Shown: positions 18,058 through 25,891 of the stretch, piece by piece
Layout: each line of letters opens with the position of its first letter
Numbering within the stretch: the stretch's first letter is position 1
Assembly: GCA_037132035.1 (NCBI GenBank)
Contig: JBAXPY010000001.1
Coordinates: 1-48,508 of the forward strand
Source of the DNA: Candidatus Moraniibacteriota bacterium
GTDB taxonomy: Bacteria > Patescibacteriota > Minisyncoccia > Moranbacterales > UBA2206
Length of the DNA stretch: 48,508 nucleotides
Direction: 5' to 3'
Position numbers and translations under genes: made by a program
Notes under the pieces: model-generated
The model's input: the letters and a program-made list of their open reading frames with translations, nothing else
Told to the model about the DNA's origin: nothing
Database searches by the model: none

Positions 18058-19209
18058 TCAGTTTCTTTCTAGTATTTTCTGATACAATTTTATCGATTTT
18101 TCCCAGCTAAATTTTTTTACTATTTTGCTTTTCATTTCTCTCCCCATGGAGACCCTTTTTTCTTTATCGGAAATGATATTTGTTATGGTGGCGCTTATTT
18201 TGCGTATATGAGGAATTTCCATAAGAGTGTCTTCTTCTAGATTGATAACTTCATCCGCTCCCTCATTTGGCGTAGCAATGATTGCGCAGCTGCAATACAT
18301 TGCTTCTAGGAGAGATGTGGAAAGTCCGCCACCGTGCAGGGCGGAATGGATGTAGATGTCTGATACCTTCATTATTCCAATTGCTTTTTCTCTTGGCATG
18401 CTTCCAAGCAGGATGGTTGATTCGTCACATAACTCTTGCAGCCTGGAAAAATCTTCTCCATCACCGATGACAATAAAAATTATTTGTTTTTTTATGTTTT
18501 CTGAGAGGTTTTTGATTGCCTCTATGCTATATTCAATCCCTTTCCATTTATAGAGTCTGGCCACGGTCAAGATGATTATTCTGTCTTTAAATCTGTTTTT
18601 AAAATCAATATCGGGAGGGATAGAATCTATCGCTTCCAAATTCAGTCCGCGGTAGATTATCGGAGAATGTCTTTTATCAAATTTATAGACAAACTTCTGG
18701 ACTGCTCTCGAGATAGAAATGTTTATATCTGACGATCGGAAAATGAGTCTACCGATCGTTAGGTCATATATTTTCGCAATAAATGATTTTAGTGGGCTTG
18801 ATAGGATGGTGAAGTTGGAAGTATGCTCAATGTGGATCCATCTAATTCTTTTGATTTTGGCGAACAGCATGGCCAAAAGAGACGTGTTGAAAAATCTAAT
18901 GCGTGAGATGATAAGCTCATAGTCTGTTTTAAATAGGCCAAGATATAGTTTCCAAAACTTAAATTTCCAAAATTTTGGCAGGGGATAGTTGGGAACAATT
19001 TCAAAGGCCGGAAATCTGATGATGTCTAGGTGTTCATTGATTTTTTCATATTCGGCCGAGTCTTTGATGAGTAGGCAGGTAAAAACAGTGATTCTTGTAT
19101 TTTCACTAGCTAGGTGTCTATTGAATTCATCGGCATGACTGCTTAGTCCTCCAATACAAGGGGGGTATATTGCAGTAAAAACAAGTATTTTCATGGTATT
19201 TTTAGTCAA
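18058..19209 (-). CDS. GT4-family (GT-B) glycosyltransferase
   Basis: N-terminal IGGLSSHADE. C-terminal GGLSTSLLEAMYCSCAIIATPNEGADEVI (E-x7-E type). Confidence 0.85.
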   Translation of the reverse strand: MTKNTMKILVFTAIYPPCIGGLSSHADEFNRHLASENTRITVFTCLLIKDSAEYEKINEHLDIIRFPAFEIVPNYPLPKFWKFKFWKLYLGLFKTDYELIISRIRFFNTSLLAMLFAKIKRIRWIHIEHTSNFTILSSPLKSFIAKIYDLTIGRLIFRSSDINISISRAVQKFVYKFDKRHSPIIYRGLNLEAIDSIPPDIDFKNRFKDRIIILTVARLYKWKGIEYSIEAIKNLSENIKKQIIFIVIGDGEDFSRLQELCDESTILLGSMPREKAIGIMKVSDIYIHSALHGGGLSTSLLEAMYCSCAIIATPNEGADEVINLEEDTLMEIPHIRKISATITNIISDKEKRVSMGREMKSKIVKKFSWEKSIKLYQKILERN

Positions 19210-21094
19210 AATATTTTTTAAACCAATTTTCTAAAATTATCATCGACCAAATTTTATGAGACAGGTCAACCGGGGTATTCTGTTGAATATGGAGCAGCTT
19301 TTTCACGGTAGCTTCGTTGAAGATATTTCTATTCTTAGCTCTTTCGGAAAGCAACAGGTCATTAGAATAATCTTTCATCTGATTTTTGAGCCAAATATTC
19401 AGGGGTGTTTCAAAGCCTTTTTTGGACCTGTCAATTATTTGATCAGGCAAAAGGTCTCTCAGCGTTTCTTTCAAAATCCATTTTGTTTGATTGAAGTTTT
19501 TAATCTTTAAGTTGGACGGAATCTTGGCTGTTAGCTCTAGAAGCTCATGGTCCAGAAAAGGCGATCGCGTTTCCAGCGCAACGGACATGCTGGCGAGATC
19601 CACTTTTGTCATAAGGTCGTCTGGCAGATAGGAGGAGAAATCGGCATAGAGAGTTTGATCTAATCTATTCTCAGTTGTCGATTCATTGAATTTATTGACT
19701 ATCAACTCAAGGCTATTTTCTCTCAATGTGATTTTCTGAAAGTTTTCGGAGAATAAGTTATTTTCAATATGATTGTTTTGGCGATACATGTAACTTACAT
19801 AGCGCTTTCGATAATCTAGCGGCAAATGACTCAAGAAAAGAAATATCTTGGACAGTAGTTCGCTTTTTATATTTTCAAGGGGAATTTTGGCAATAATATT
19901 GGCCGGGAGTTTGTTAAAAAAACGCAAGTAATCAAGTTGAAGGGAGCATTTTTGGATGGCGTGCCTGAGATATCCGGCGAAGTTTTCATCTCCGCCGTCT
20001 CCTGACACGGCAACTGTAACGTGTTCGCGGGTCAATTTGCTTAAATAATATGTTGGGATGGCGCTGGAATCTGCGAATGGTTCTTCATAGAGTCGGACGA
20101 GCTCAGGCAGGATTTCCATGGTCTGAGGCTTTACAATGAATTCAGTATGATCCGTTTTAAATTTGTTAGCCACTATCCTCGCATAAGGCAGTTCATCATA
20201 TTTTTTTTCCGAAAATCCAATGGAAAAAGTTTTGATTGGTGTGGGGCTGAGTTTGCTCATCATTCCAACGATAGCACTAGAGTCAATTCCTCCGGAAAGA
20301 AAAGCGCCCAGGGGAACATCGGCGGTCATGCGTAGTTTTACGGATTCCTCTAATTTATTGATAATTTTTTCTTTCCAGTCATCGATAGATAGGTCTAATT
20401 TTTCGGAATAATCTAGCTTCCAGTAACGTTCAAGTTTGGCCTGCTTTGTCTTGAGATCTATCAATAAGAAGTGGGCTGGTTCAAGTTTTTTGATATTTTT
20501 GAATCCAGTAAATGGCGCTGGGCAATATTGAAATGTTAAATAATGGCGGATAGCTGCATAGTCCGGTTCTTTCTTGTAATCCGTTTGGGTTAGGATTGCC
20601 TTGAGCTCTGATGCGAAAATGAAGACCTTGTCATCAAGGTAATATTTGAAGGGTTTTTTTCCAACTCTATCTCTGGCGCAGAATATGGTTTTTTCTTTGT
20701 CGTCATAGATAGCGAAAGAAAACATCCCTCGCAAATGATGGAGACAATCGGTGCCGTATTTGTGATATAGCGCCATGATTACTTCTGTATCAGTGTTTGA
20801 TTTGAATGTACATATTTTTTCTTTTTGTAGATTTTTTTTTAAGGCTTGAAAATTATATATTTCGCCATTGAATACAATCCAATAGCGATCCATGTAGCTC
20901 ATTGGTTGATGTCCAAAATGGGAGAGGTCAATAATGGATAATCTTTGGTGTCCGAGTCCAATTTTTTGGTTAGGGGAGATGTATGTTCCACTATCATCTG
21001 GTCCGCGATGGGCGATAGCCAAATTCATTTTTTTCATATCTCCAACTGAAACAGTGCCAGTGTCAAGATGAATTTTTCCTGTGATTCCACACAT
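19202..21094 (-). CDS. asnB: Asparagine synthase (glutamine-hydrolysing) family amidotransferase
   Basis: N-terminal MCGI nucleophile Cys2 and the PP-loop SGGIDSS. 630 aa. Confidence 0.9.
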   Translation of the reverse strand: MCGITGKIHLDTGTVSVGDMKKMNLAIAHRGPDDSGTYISPNQKIGLGHQRLSIIDLSHFGHQPMSYMDRYWIVFNGEIYNFQALKKNLQKEKICTFKSNTDTEVIMALYHKYGTDCLHHLRGMFSFAIYDDKEKTIFCARDRVGKKPFKYYLDDKVFIFASELKAILTQTDYKKEPDYAAIRHYLTFQYCPAPFTGFKNIKKLEPAHFLLIDLKTKQAKLERYWKLDYSEKLDLSIDDWKEKIINKLEESVKLRMTADVPLGAFLSGGIDSSAIVGMMSKLSPTPIKTFSIGFSEKKYDELPYARIVANKFKTDHTEFIVKPQTMEILPELVRLYEEPFADSSAIPTYYLSKLTREHVTVAVSGDGGDENFAGYLRHAIQKCSLQLDYLRFFNKLPANIIAKIPLENIKSELLSKIFLFLSHLPLDYRKRYVSYMYRQNNHIENNLFSENFQKITLRENSLELIVNKFNESTTENRLDQTLYADFSSYLPDDLMTKVDLASMSVALETRSPFLDHELLELTAKIPSNLKIKNFNQTKWILKETLRDLLPDQIIDRSKKGFETPLNIWLKNQMKDYSNDLLLSERAKNRNIFNEATVKKLLHIQQNTPVDLSHKIWSMIILENWFKKYFD

Positions 21095-21109
21095 AGAATG
21101 ATCGAATTA

Positions 21110-21118
21110 TGCTATACT
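21110..21118 (+). promoter_or_regulatory. Extended -10 element (TGCTATACT) upstream of the 21170 methyltransferase
   Basis: TGnTAnnnT element located in the divergent intergenic region. Confidence 0.35.
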
Positions 21119-21169
21119 GAAGATATTGTTTAGCTTATATGTAATTAGTCTATCAACTCTGTCGCTTTT

Positions 21170-21961
21170 ATGCAAAATAATACAATCGATATCGAGGTAT
21201 GCGAGGGTTTGGTTGTGAAAAGAACTATTAAAGAAATCATCTCCGAGAGAATGAATCCGCGAATATGGCAGTGGGCATATTTAAGCCTCCGGGCGTTGCT
21301 TAGGGAGGTGAAGATTTTTTCCGGGATGCTTGAGCGGGAGAGAGCTGAAAAAATGCTTGATCTGGGCTGTGGAGTGAAGCCGTACCGATCTCTATTTCCA
21401 GAAGTAAGGGCGTATGTTGGTTTTGATGTCAGCAGAGATAGTGGCGCAGATTTTTTTGGATTTAATTGGGAGCTTCCTTTTGGGGAGAGCGAATTTGATG
21501 CTCTGATTTCGACTCAAGTATTGGAGCATACCTTAAAAATACATGAGACCATCAAGGAAATTAAGCGAGTTGTGAAAAATGATGGGCTGATCTTTATTTC
21601 AGTGCCACTGGCTTTTCCTGAGCATGAAATTCCTCATGATTATTATCGGTTTACTCAATATGGACTCAGGGAGTTATTTGAAGGTTTCGAAGTGATTAAA
21701 ATCTGCCCACTTAGCGGTTACCTTAAAACTCTTATAATCCTTTGGAACAATTTTTTACATTATTTGCCAGGATCGAAATATTGGCTTTTTCCGCTATTTG
21801 CTATGAATAATTTTTTGGCTCTTGCGATTGACAAGGTTGCCTTGCTAGTCTCGTCTATGTTGTTCAAAATGAGCGGCAGGGCAGTTATTAAGGAAATTTA
21901 TGCCAAATATTATGCTAGTTTTACTGAAAGTTATGTTGTTATCTTGAGAAATAGGAAATAA
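21170..21961 (+). CDS. Class I SAM-dependent methyltransferase
   Basis: LDLGCGVKPY motif I, STQVLEH, NDGLIFISVP. Confidence 0.7.
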   Translation: MQNNTIDIEVCEGLVVKRTIKEIISERMNPRIWQWAYLSLRALLREVKIFSGMLERERAEKMLDLGCGVKPYRSLFPEVRAYVGFDVSRDSGADFFGFNWELPFGESEFDALISTQVLEHTLKIHETIKEIKRVVKNDGLIFISVPLAFPEHEIPHDYYRFTQYGLRELFEGFEVIKICPLSGYLKTLIILWNNFLHYLPGSKYWLFPLFAMNNFLALAIDKVALLVSSMLFKMSGRAVIKEIYAKYYASFTESYVVILRNRK

Positions 21962-22008
21962 TCTTCTTTTCTGAAGCTGAATCTTTAGGGATATTGCTTG
22001 CAATTTTT

Positions 22009-22037
22009 TTGCGCCATTTGGGGATTTGTGGTAAGAT
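22009..22037 (+). promoter_or_regulatory. Promoter block copy 1 (TTGCGC-17-TAAGAT with TG extension); predicted leaderless MNT transcript
   Basis: -35 at 22009-22014 and -10 at 22032-22037, with the ATG 6 nt after the -10. The block is conserved at 24447-24475 and 25385-25413. Confidence 0.5.
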
Positions 22038-22043
22038 TGTGAT

Positions 22044-22457
22044 ATGGAAAAGATTAATACTGAAAAGTTCAAAGAACTTGCCCAAAAATATGATCTTAAG
22101 CTGCTGATTCTTTTTGGTTCGCAAGTCAGTGGAAAAACTCATCCAATGAGCGATTTTGATTTTGGTTTTATCGGCGAAAAAGAACTGAACTATGAGAATA
22201 GGAGTAGGCTTATGCGGGACCTGTCAATATTAGTGAAATTCTCTGACGTTGAGGCAGTGGATCTTAAAAAAGCCAGTCCATTTCTGTTGAGGGAAATAGC
22301 AAGAAATAATAGTGTTGTCTTTGAAAAAAATGGAGCTTATGCTGACTTTTTTTCGAACGCTGTTCGAAAATATTTTGATGCTAAGCCAATTTTCGAGTTG
22401 CAAGAAGTGTTATACTCCAATATCATTAATAATTATCGAAAAAAATATGCCAAATAA
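22044..22457 (+). CDS. mntA: MNT-type nucleotidyltransferase antitoxin (type VII TA), copy 1
   Basis: LFGSQVSGKTHPMSDFDFGF (GS-x10-DxD). Overlaps the downstream HepT start by 11 nt. Confidence 0.85.
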   Translation: MEKINTEKFKELAQKYDLKLLILFGSQVSGKTHPMSDFDFGFIGEKELNYENRSRLMRDLSILVKFSDVEAVDLKKASPFLLREIARNNSVVFEKNGAYADFFSNAVRKYFDAKPIFELQEVLYSNIINNYRKKYAK

Positions 22458-22869
22458 GGAATTGATAAAGCGAAAAATTAATAAAATTGAAAGTTATCTC
22501 AAAGAGTTGATGCCGATCTTGAAGCTTGATTCCAATGAGATTCTTAAAGATTATACGAAACTTAGGACGCTGGAAAGAGATTTTCAACTTATTGTCGATA
22601 CGGTAATAGACATAAATACTCACCTCATTTCAACGGAAAATTTGCGTGCTCCGGAAAATGCAACGGAGACATTTAGTATTTTAGGTGAAGCAAAAATTCT
22701 TCCTACGGATTTTGTGAACAAGTTTTCTCCGGTTGCGGGAGTGCGAAATATAATCGTGCATGATTATGATAAGGTTGATGTGCAAAAATTGATTGATGAT
22801 ATCAAAAAGGATATTGATCAATTTGGTGAGTATGCGGTGTATATCGATGATTTCATAGACGGAGTATGA
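22447..22869 (+). CDS. hepT: HepT (HEPN/DUF86) RNase toxin, copy 1
   Basis: RNIIVHDY matches the R-x4-H-x-Y motif. Start taken at ATG 22447 (MPNKELIK), not the antisense-extended 22312 of the ORF track. Confidence 0.85.
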   Translation: MPNKELIKRKINKIESYLKELMPILKLDSNEILKDYTKLRTLERDFQLIVDTVIDINTHLISTENLRAPENATETFSILGEAKILPTDFVNKFSPVAGVRNIIVHDYDKVDVQKLIDDIKKDIDQFGEYAVYIDDFIDGV

Positions 22870-23040
22870 GTATCCCGACATAAAGTAGTGTCTTCGCAGG
22901 AGCAGGTTGTAAAACTCGCTTCTGCTATGTAAAAAGGAGCGGACAATTTGTTCGTTCTTTTTTTGTGCCTTATTTCAGCCATTTTTAGCGAAAATTTGAC
23001 AAAATCATTAAAATATGCATAATTATAGTATAATCAATTC

Positions 23041-24186
23041 ATGATAATTGATACAACTATGGTTAATATAAATAGAAAAATCAGCGAAGGCTTGAAAAAA
23101 GCGATTAAGGGAGAGAAAAAAGTAATAATTCTTTATGGACCGAGGCAGGCCGGAAAGACCACGCTCATCAAGCAATTGCTTTTTGAGATGGGAAAGGAAT
23201 TTGAATATTTCACCGGAGACGATCTTTACGCGCAAAATATTTTCAGTCGGAATGAGCTTGAATCTTTGAGAAAGGTTTTGAAAAACGAGATTGTGGTTAT
23301 TGACGAAGCGCAAAAAATTGAAAATATTGGAAATTCTTTGAAGCTGATTTTTGATAATTTAGACATAAAAATAATCACTTCCGGTTCGGCATCTTTTGAT
23401 TTGGCCAATAAACTTAGCGAGCCATTGACCGGTAGGACAAAAACTTTTTGGCTCTATCCGTTAGCCTATTCGGAGGTAGCCGATAGATATTACAAAACTG
23501 ATCCTGGCACGGCGTTGGAAGAAATGTTGCGTTTCGGGATGTATCCAAAAACACATACACTGGAAAGCAATAAAGAAAAAGAAAGCTATCTGTATGAATA
23601 TTTGAATAATTATTTGTATAAAGATATTTTAACTTTTTCCGGCGTGCGTAAACCCAAAAAAGTGATTGATCTCTTGACTCTTTTGGCTTTGCAAATTGGA
23701 AAAGAAGTGGCGATTTCGGAGTTGGCGCAAGCTCTCTCCTTGAGCCAGCAGTCAGTGAATAATTATTTGGATATTTTGGAAAAAATGTTTGTAATTGTCA
23801 ATTTAAGGGGCTTTAGTCGGAATTTACGCAAGGAAATATCCAAGACTTCTAAATATTATTTTATGGATGTCGGTCTGCGGAACGCTCTTATCAGGAACTT
23901 CAATTCTGTTAATGTGCGCTCTGATTTTGGTGAGTTGTTGGAAAATTGGTTTGTGGTTGAAAAAATTAAAGCAGCGGACATATTCGAAAATCCGGCTAAT
24001 TTTTATTTTTGGCGCACCTATGACCAGCAAGAAATAGATCTTATCGAAGAGCGGGAGGGGAAGTTAATCGGGTATGAAATAAAATGGAAAAATAAAGCTA
24101 TCAAAGAGCCAAGTGAGTGGCTTAAGGCGTATGATGAGTCTTCATTTAATGCAGTGAACAGAGAGAATTATAATAAGTTTTTGTAG
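23041..24186 (+). CDS. AAA+ ATPase with C-terminal DUF4143/PD-(D/E)xK-like domain (COG1373-like)
   Basis: Walker A GPRQAGKTTL, Walker B VVIDEAQ. C-terminal QEIDLIEE...GYEIKW resembles a D...ExK nuclease core. Confidence 0.75.
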   Translation: MIIDTTMVNINRKISEGLKKAIKGEKKVIILYGPRQAGKTTLIKQLLFEMGKEFEYFTGDDLYAQNIFSRNELESLRKVLKNEIVVIDEAQKIENIGNSLKLIFDNLDIKIITSGSASFDLANKLSEPLTGRTKTFWLYPLAYSEVADRYYKTDPGTALEEMLRFGMYPKTHTLESNKEKESYLYEYLNNYLYKDILTFSGVRKPKKVIDLLTLLALQIGKEVAISELAQALSLSQQSVNNYLDILEKMFVIVNLRGFSRNLRKEISKTSKYYFMDVGLRNALIRNFNSVNVRSDFGELLENWFVVEKIKAADIFENPANFYFWRTYDQQEIDLIEEREGKLIGYEIKWKNKAIKEPSEWLKAYDESSFNAVNRENYNKFL

Positions 24187-24226
24187 AATAAATCGATGAC
24201 CTTTTTCGACTCAAGAAATAACAAAA

Positions 24227-24389
24227 CAGGTTTAGGACTTACGCGTTTGCCAAAAAGTTATTCTAAAAGCGACGTTTCCTTGTTTTGGTTAATCTCTCGC
24301 TTGTTTACCAATGGTTTTTCCTGCGAAGAGAGATGCTCCGTGCGAACAACTCTTTGGCAAACGCGTAAGTCCTGAGGTTGTGAAACCTG
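24227..24389 (+). repeat. 163-nt imperfect long hairpin followed by a T-run
   Basis: CAGGTTT+AGGACTTACGCGTTTGCCAAA (24227-24254) pairs with TTTGGCAAACGCGTAAGTCCT (24353-24373) and AAACCTG (24383-24389). Inner stem ATCTCTC/GAGAGAT. Followed by CCTTTTTTTCT. Confidence 0.6.
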
Positions 24390-24446
24390 CCTTTTTTTCT
24401 GAAGGTTCTCCAGAGATTCAACCCTCAGAGACATTCTTGGCTGTTT

Positions 24447-24475
24447 TTGCGTCGCTTGGTGAGTTGTGGTAGGAT
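24447..24475 (+). promoter_or_regulatory. Promoter block copy 2 (TTGCGT-17-TAGGAT); predicted leaderless
   Basis: Same architecture as copy 1, with the ATG 24482 lying 6 nt after the -10. Confidence 0.5.
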
Positions 24476-24481
24476 TATAAT

Positions 24482-24892
24482 ATGGAAAAGATTAATGTCG
24501 AAAAATTTAAGGAACTTGCCCAAAAATATGATCTTAAACTGCTGCTTCTTTTTGGTTCGCAAGTCAGTGGAAAAACTCATCCAATGAGCGATTTCGATTT
24601 TGGTTTTGTCAGTAAAAAAGAATTGAGCTATGGAACCATGGGCGGTTTGAGTGTTGATTTGTCTCGGTTAGTTGAAAAGGAGGCCGATGTGGTCGATTTG
24701 AAAAATGCCGGACCGTTGCTTAAATACGAGATTACTAAAAACAATAAGATTCTATATGACGCGAAAAACGAATATGAGTATTTTTTTGTCATTGCTATGC
24801 GAGAATATTTTGAAGCTAAACGTCTTTTTGAAATGCGAGATAGGATGGTTGCCAATAAGATAAATGAATTTAAAAAAGTTTATGCTAAATAA
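24482..24892 (+). CDS. mntA: MNT-type nucleotidyltransferase antitoxin, copy 2
   Basis: LFGSQVSGKTHPMSDFDFGF. The first 126 nt differ from copy 1 at only 9 positions by manual alignment. Confidence 0.85.
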   Translation: MEKINVEKFKELAQKYDLKLLLLFGSQVSGKTHPMSDFDFGFVSKKELSYGTMGGLSVDLSRLVEKEADVVDLKNAGPLLKYEITKNNKILYDAKNEYEYFFVIAMREYFEAKRLFEMRDRMVANKINEFKKVYAK

Positions 24893-25304
24893 GGAGCTGA
24901 TAAAATTCAAGCTGGGAGCCATTGTCGGTTATCTTGGAGAAATCGAATCTATCAAAAATATGGACATTTTCGATATATTGGGCGATGTCAAGAATTTGCG
25001 ATTTTTTGAAAGAAATTTTCAACTGATTGTGGATACTATGCTAGATATAAATTCGCATATTATCGTAGAAGAAAGTTTTGGAATTCCTGATACATATAGC
25101 AATACCTTCATTATTCTTGGAGAAAAGGAGGTGCTTCCATTCGATTTTGCCTATAAAATAGCAGAGGCGGTCAAGCTGCGAAATATGGTTGTGCATAAAT
25201 ATGATAAGGTGGATAATAAAAAAATGATTCAGGATTTAAAAAATGGAATTTCGCAATTTGAAGAATATTTGGTGTATATTGATAATTTCATAAAGCCAAA
25301 ATGA
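24882..25304 (+). CDS. hepT: HepT (HEPN/DUF86) RNase toxin, copy 2
   Basis: RNMVVHKY (R-x4-H-x-Y). Start at ATG 24882 (MLNKELIK) with the same 11-nt overlap as copy 1. Confidence 0.85.
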   Translation: MLNKELIKFKLGAIVGYLGEIESIKNMDIFDILGDVKNLRFFERNFQLIVDTMLDINSHIIVEESFGIPDTYSNTFIILGEKEVLPFDFAYKIAEAVKLRNMVVHKYDKVDNKKMIQDLKNGISQFEEYLVYIDNFIKPK

Positions 25305-25334
25305 AAAATTTCATGCCTGTCATTTTTCTCGCAT

Positions 25335-25360
25335 GAACAGGTTCTATGGCCTGTTTTTTG
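25335..25360 (+). terminator. Rho-independent terminator candidate after hepT copy 2
   Basis: GAACAGG / CCTGTT stem with an 8-nt loop, followed by TTTTGATTTTTTG. Confidence 0.45.
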
Positions 25361-25384
25361 ATTTTTTGATTTTCTCACAATCTT

Positions 25385-25413
25385 TTGCGCCGTTTGGTGA
25401 TTTGTGGTATATT
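25385..25413 (+). promoter_or_regulatory. Promoter block copy 3 (TTGCGC-17-TATATT)
   Basis: Conserved block TTTTGCGCCGTTTGGTGATTTGTGGTATATT, here with a 42-nt leader before ATG 25456. Confidence 0.45.
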
Positions 25414-25455
25414 GGAAACAGGGAAAAATAATAAAAATTTTTAAGGCTTAAATAT

Positions 25456-25869
25456 ATGAAAAAAAATAGGGAAACCACAATCGATGAATTAGCTATCATG
25501 ATTCAAAAGGGTTTCGAAGAGTCGGATAAGCGAATGAAGGAAGGATTTAAGGAGTCGGATAAGCGAATGAATGATGGATTTAAGGAGTCGGATAAGCAAA
25601 CTGATAATAAAATTGAAGCGCTAGCCAGTATGGTTCAAAAAGGATTTGATGGTATGGATAAAAAATTTGATAAGAAGTTTGAAGTTGTGCATGAGGAATT
25701 GAAAAAAATCAATAAGACTCTGGTTGCGCTAGAAAAAGGGCAAGAGGATTTGAAATTGCGCCAGGATAATGTGCCGTATCGGTTTGAGTTGAAAGAACAG
25801 GGGGATGTGATAACTGATCACGATAAGCGTATTAGATTTCTTGAGCGAAAAGTGCTATTAGCGAATTAA
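25456..25869 (+). CDS. Small coiled-coil protein with 3 x 11-aa repeat (GF[EK]ESDK..), unknown function
   Basis: ORF track. 33-nt tandem repeat x3 (25509-25607). Driven by the same promoter block as the MNT genes. Confidence 0.55.
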   Translation: MKKNRETTIDELAIMIQKGFEESDKRMKEGFKESDKRMNDGFKESDKQTDNKIEALASMVQKGFDGMDKKFDKKFEVVHEELKKINKTLVALEKGQEDLKLRQDNVPYRFELKEQGDVITDHDKRIRFLERKVLLAN

Positions 25870-25891
25870 AAAGTAAAAATAAAAAAGTTCT

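Noticed and set aside
22312-22446. Extended 5' starts offered by the ORF track for several genes. These are hepT 22312 and 24864, GNAT-like 42457, GH3 44303, rSAM 41121, ligA 32593 and pilin 14173.
   Set aside because: The extensions overlap upstream genes or promoter elements. They lack SDs, whereas internal ATGs have SDs or leaderless geometry and reproduce paralog N-termini.
22870-23040. Weak hairpins after hepT copy 1 (GCAGGAGC...GCTTCTGC, and CGGACA-ATT-TGTTCG followed by a T-run), and competing promoter readings for the ATPase gene (TTGACA-16-CATAAT versus a leaderless TATAAT).
   Set aside because: The stems are short or wobble-containing, and the two promoter models cannot be discriminated from sequence alone. 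They are therefore not annotated as features.
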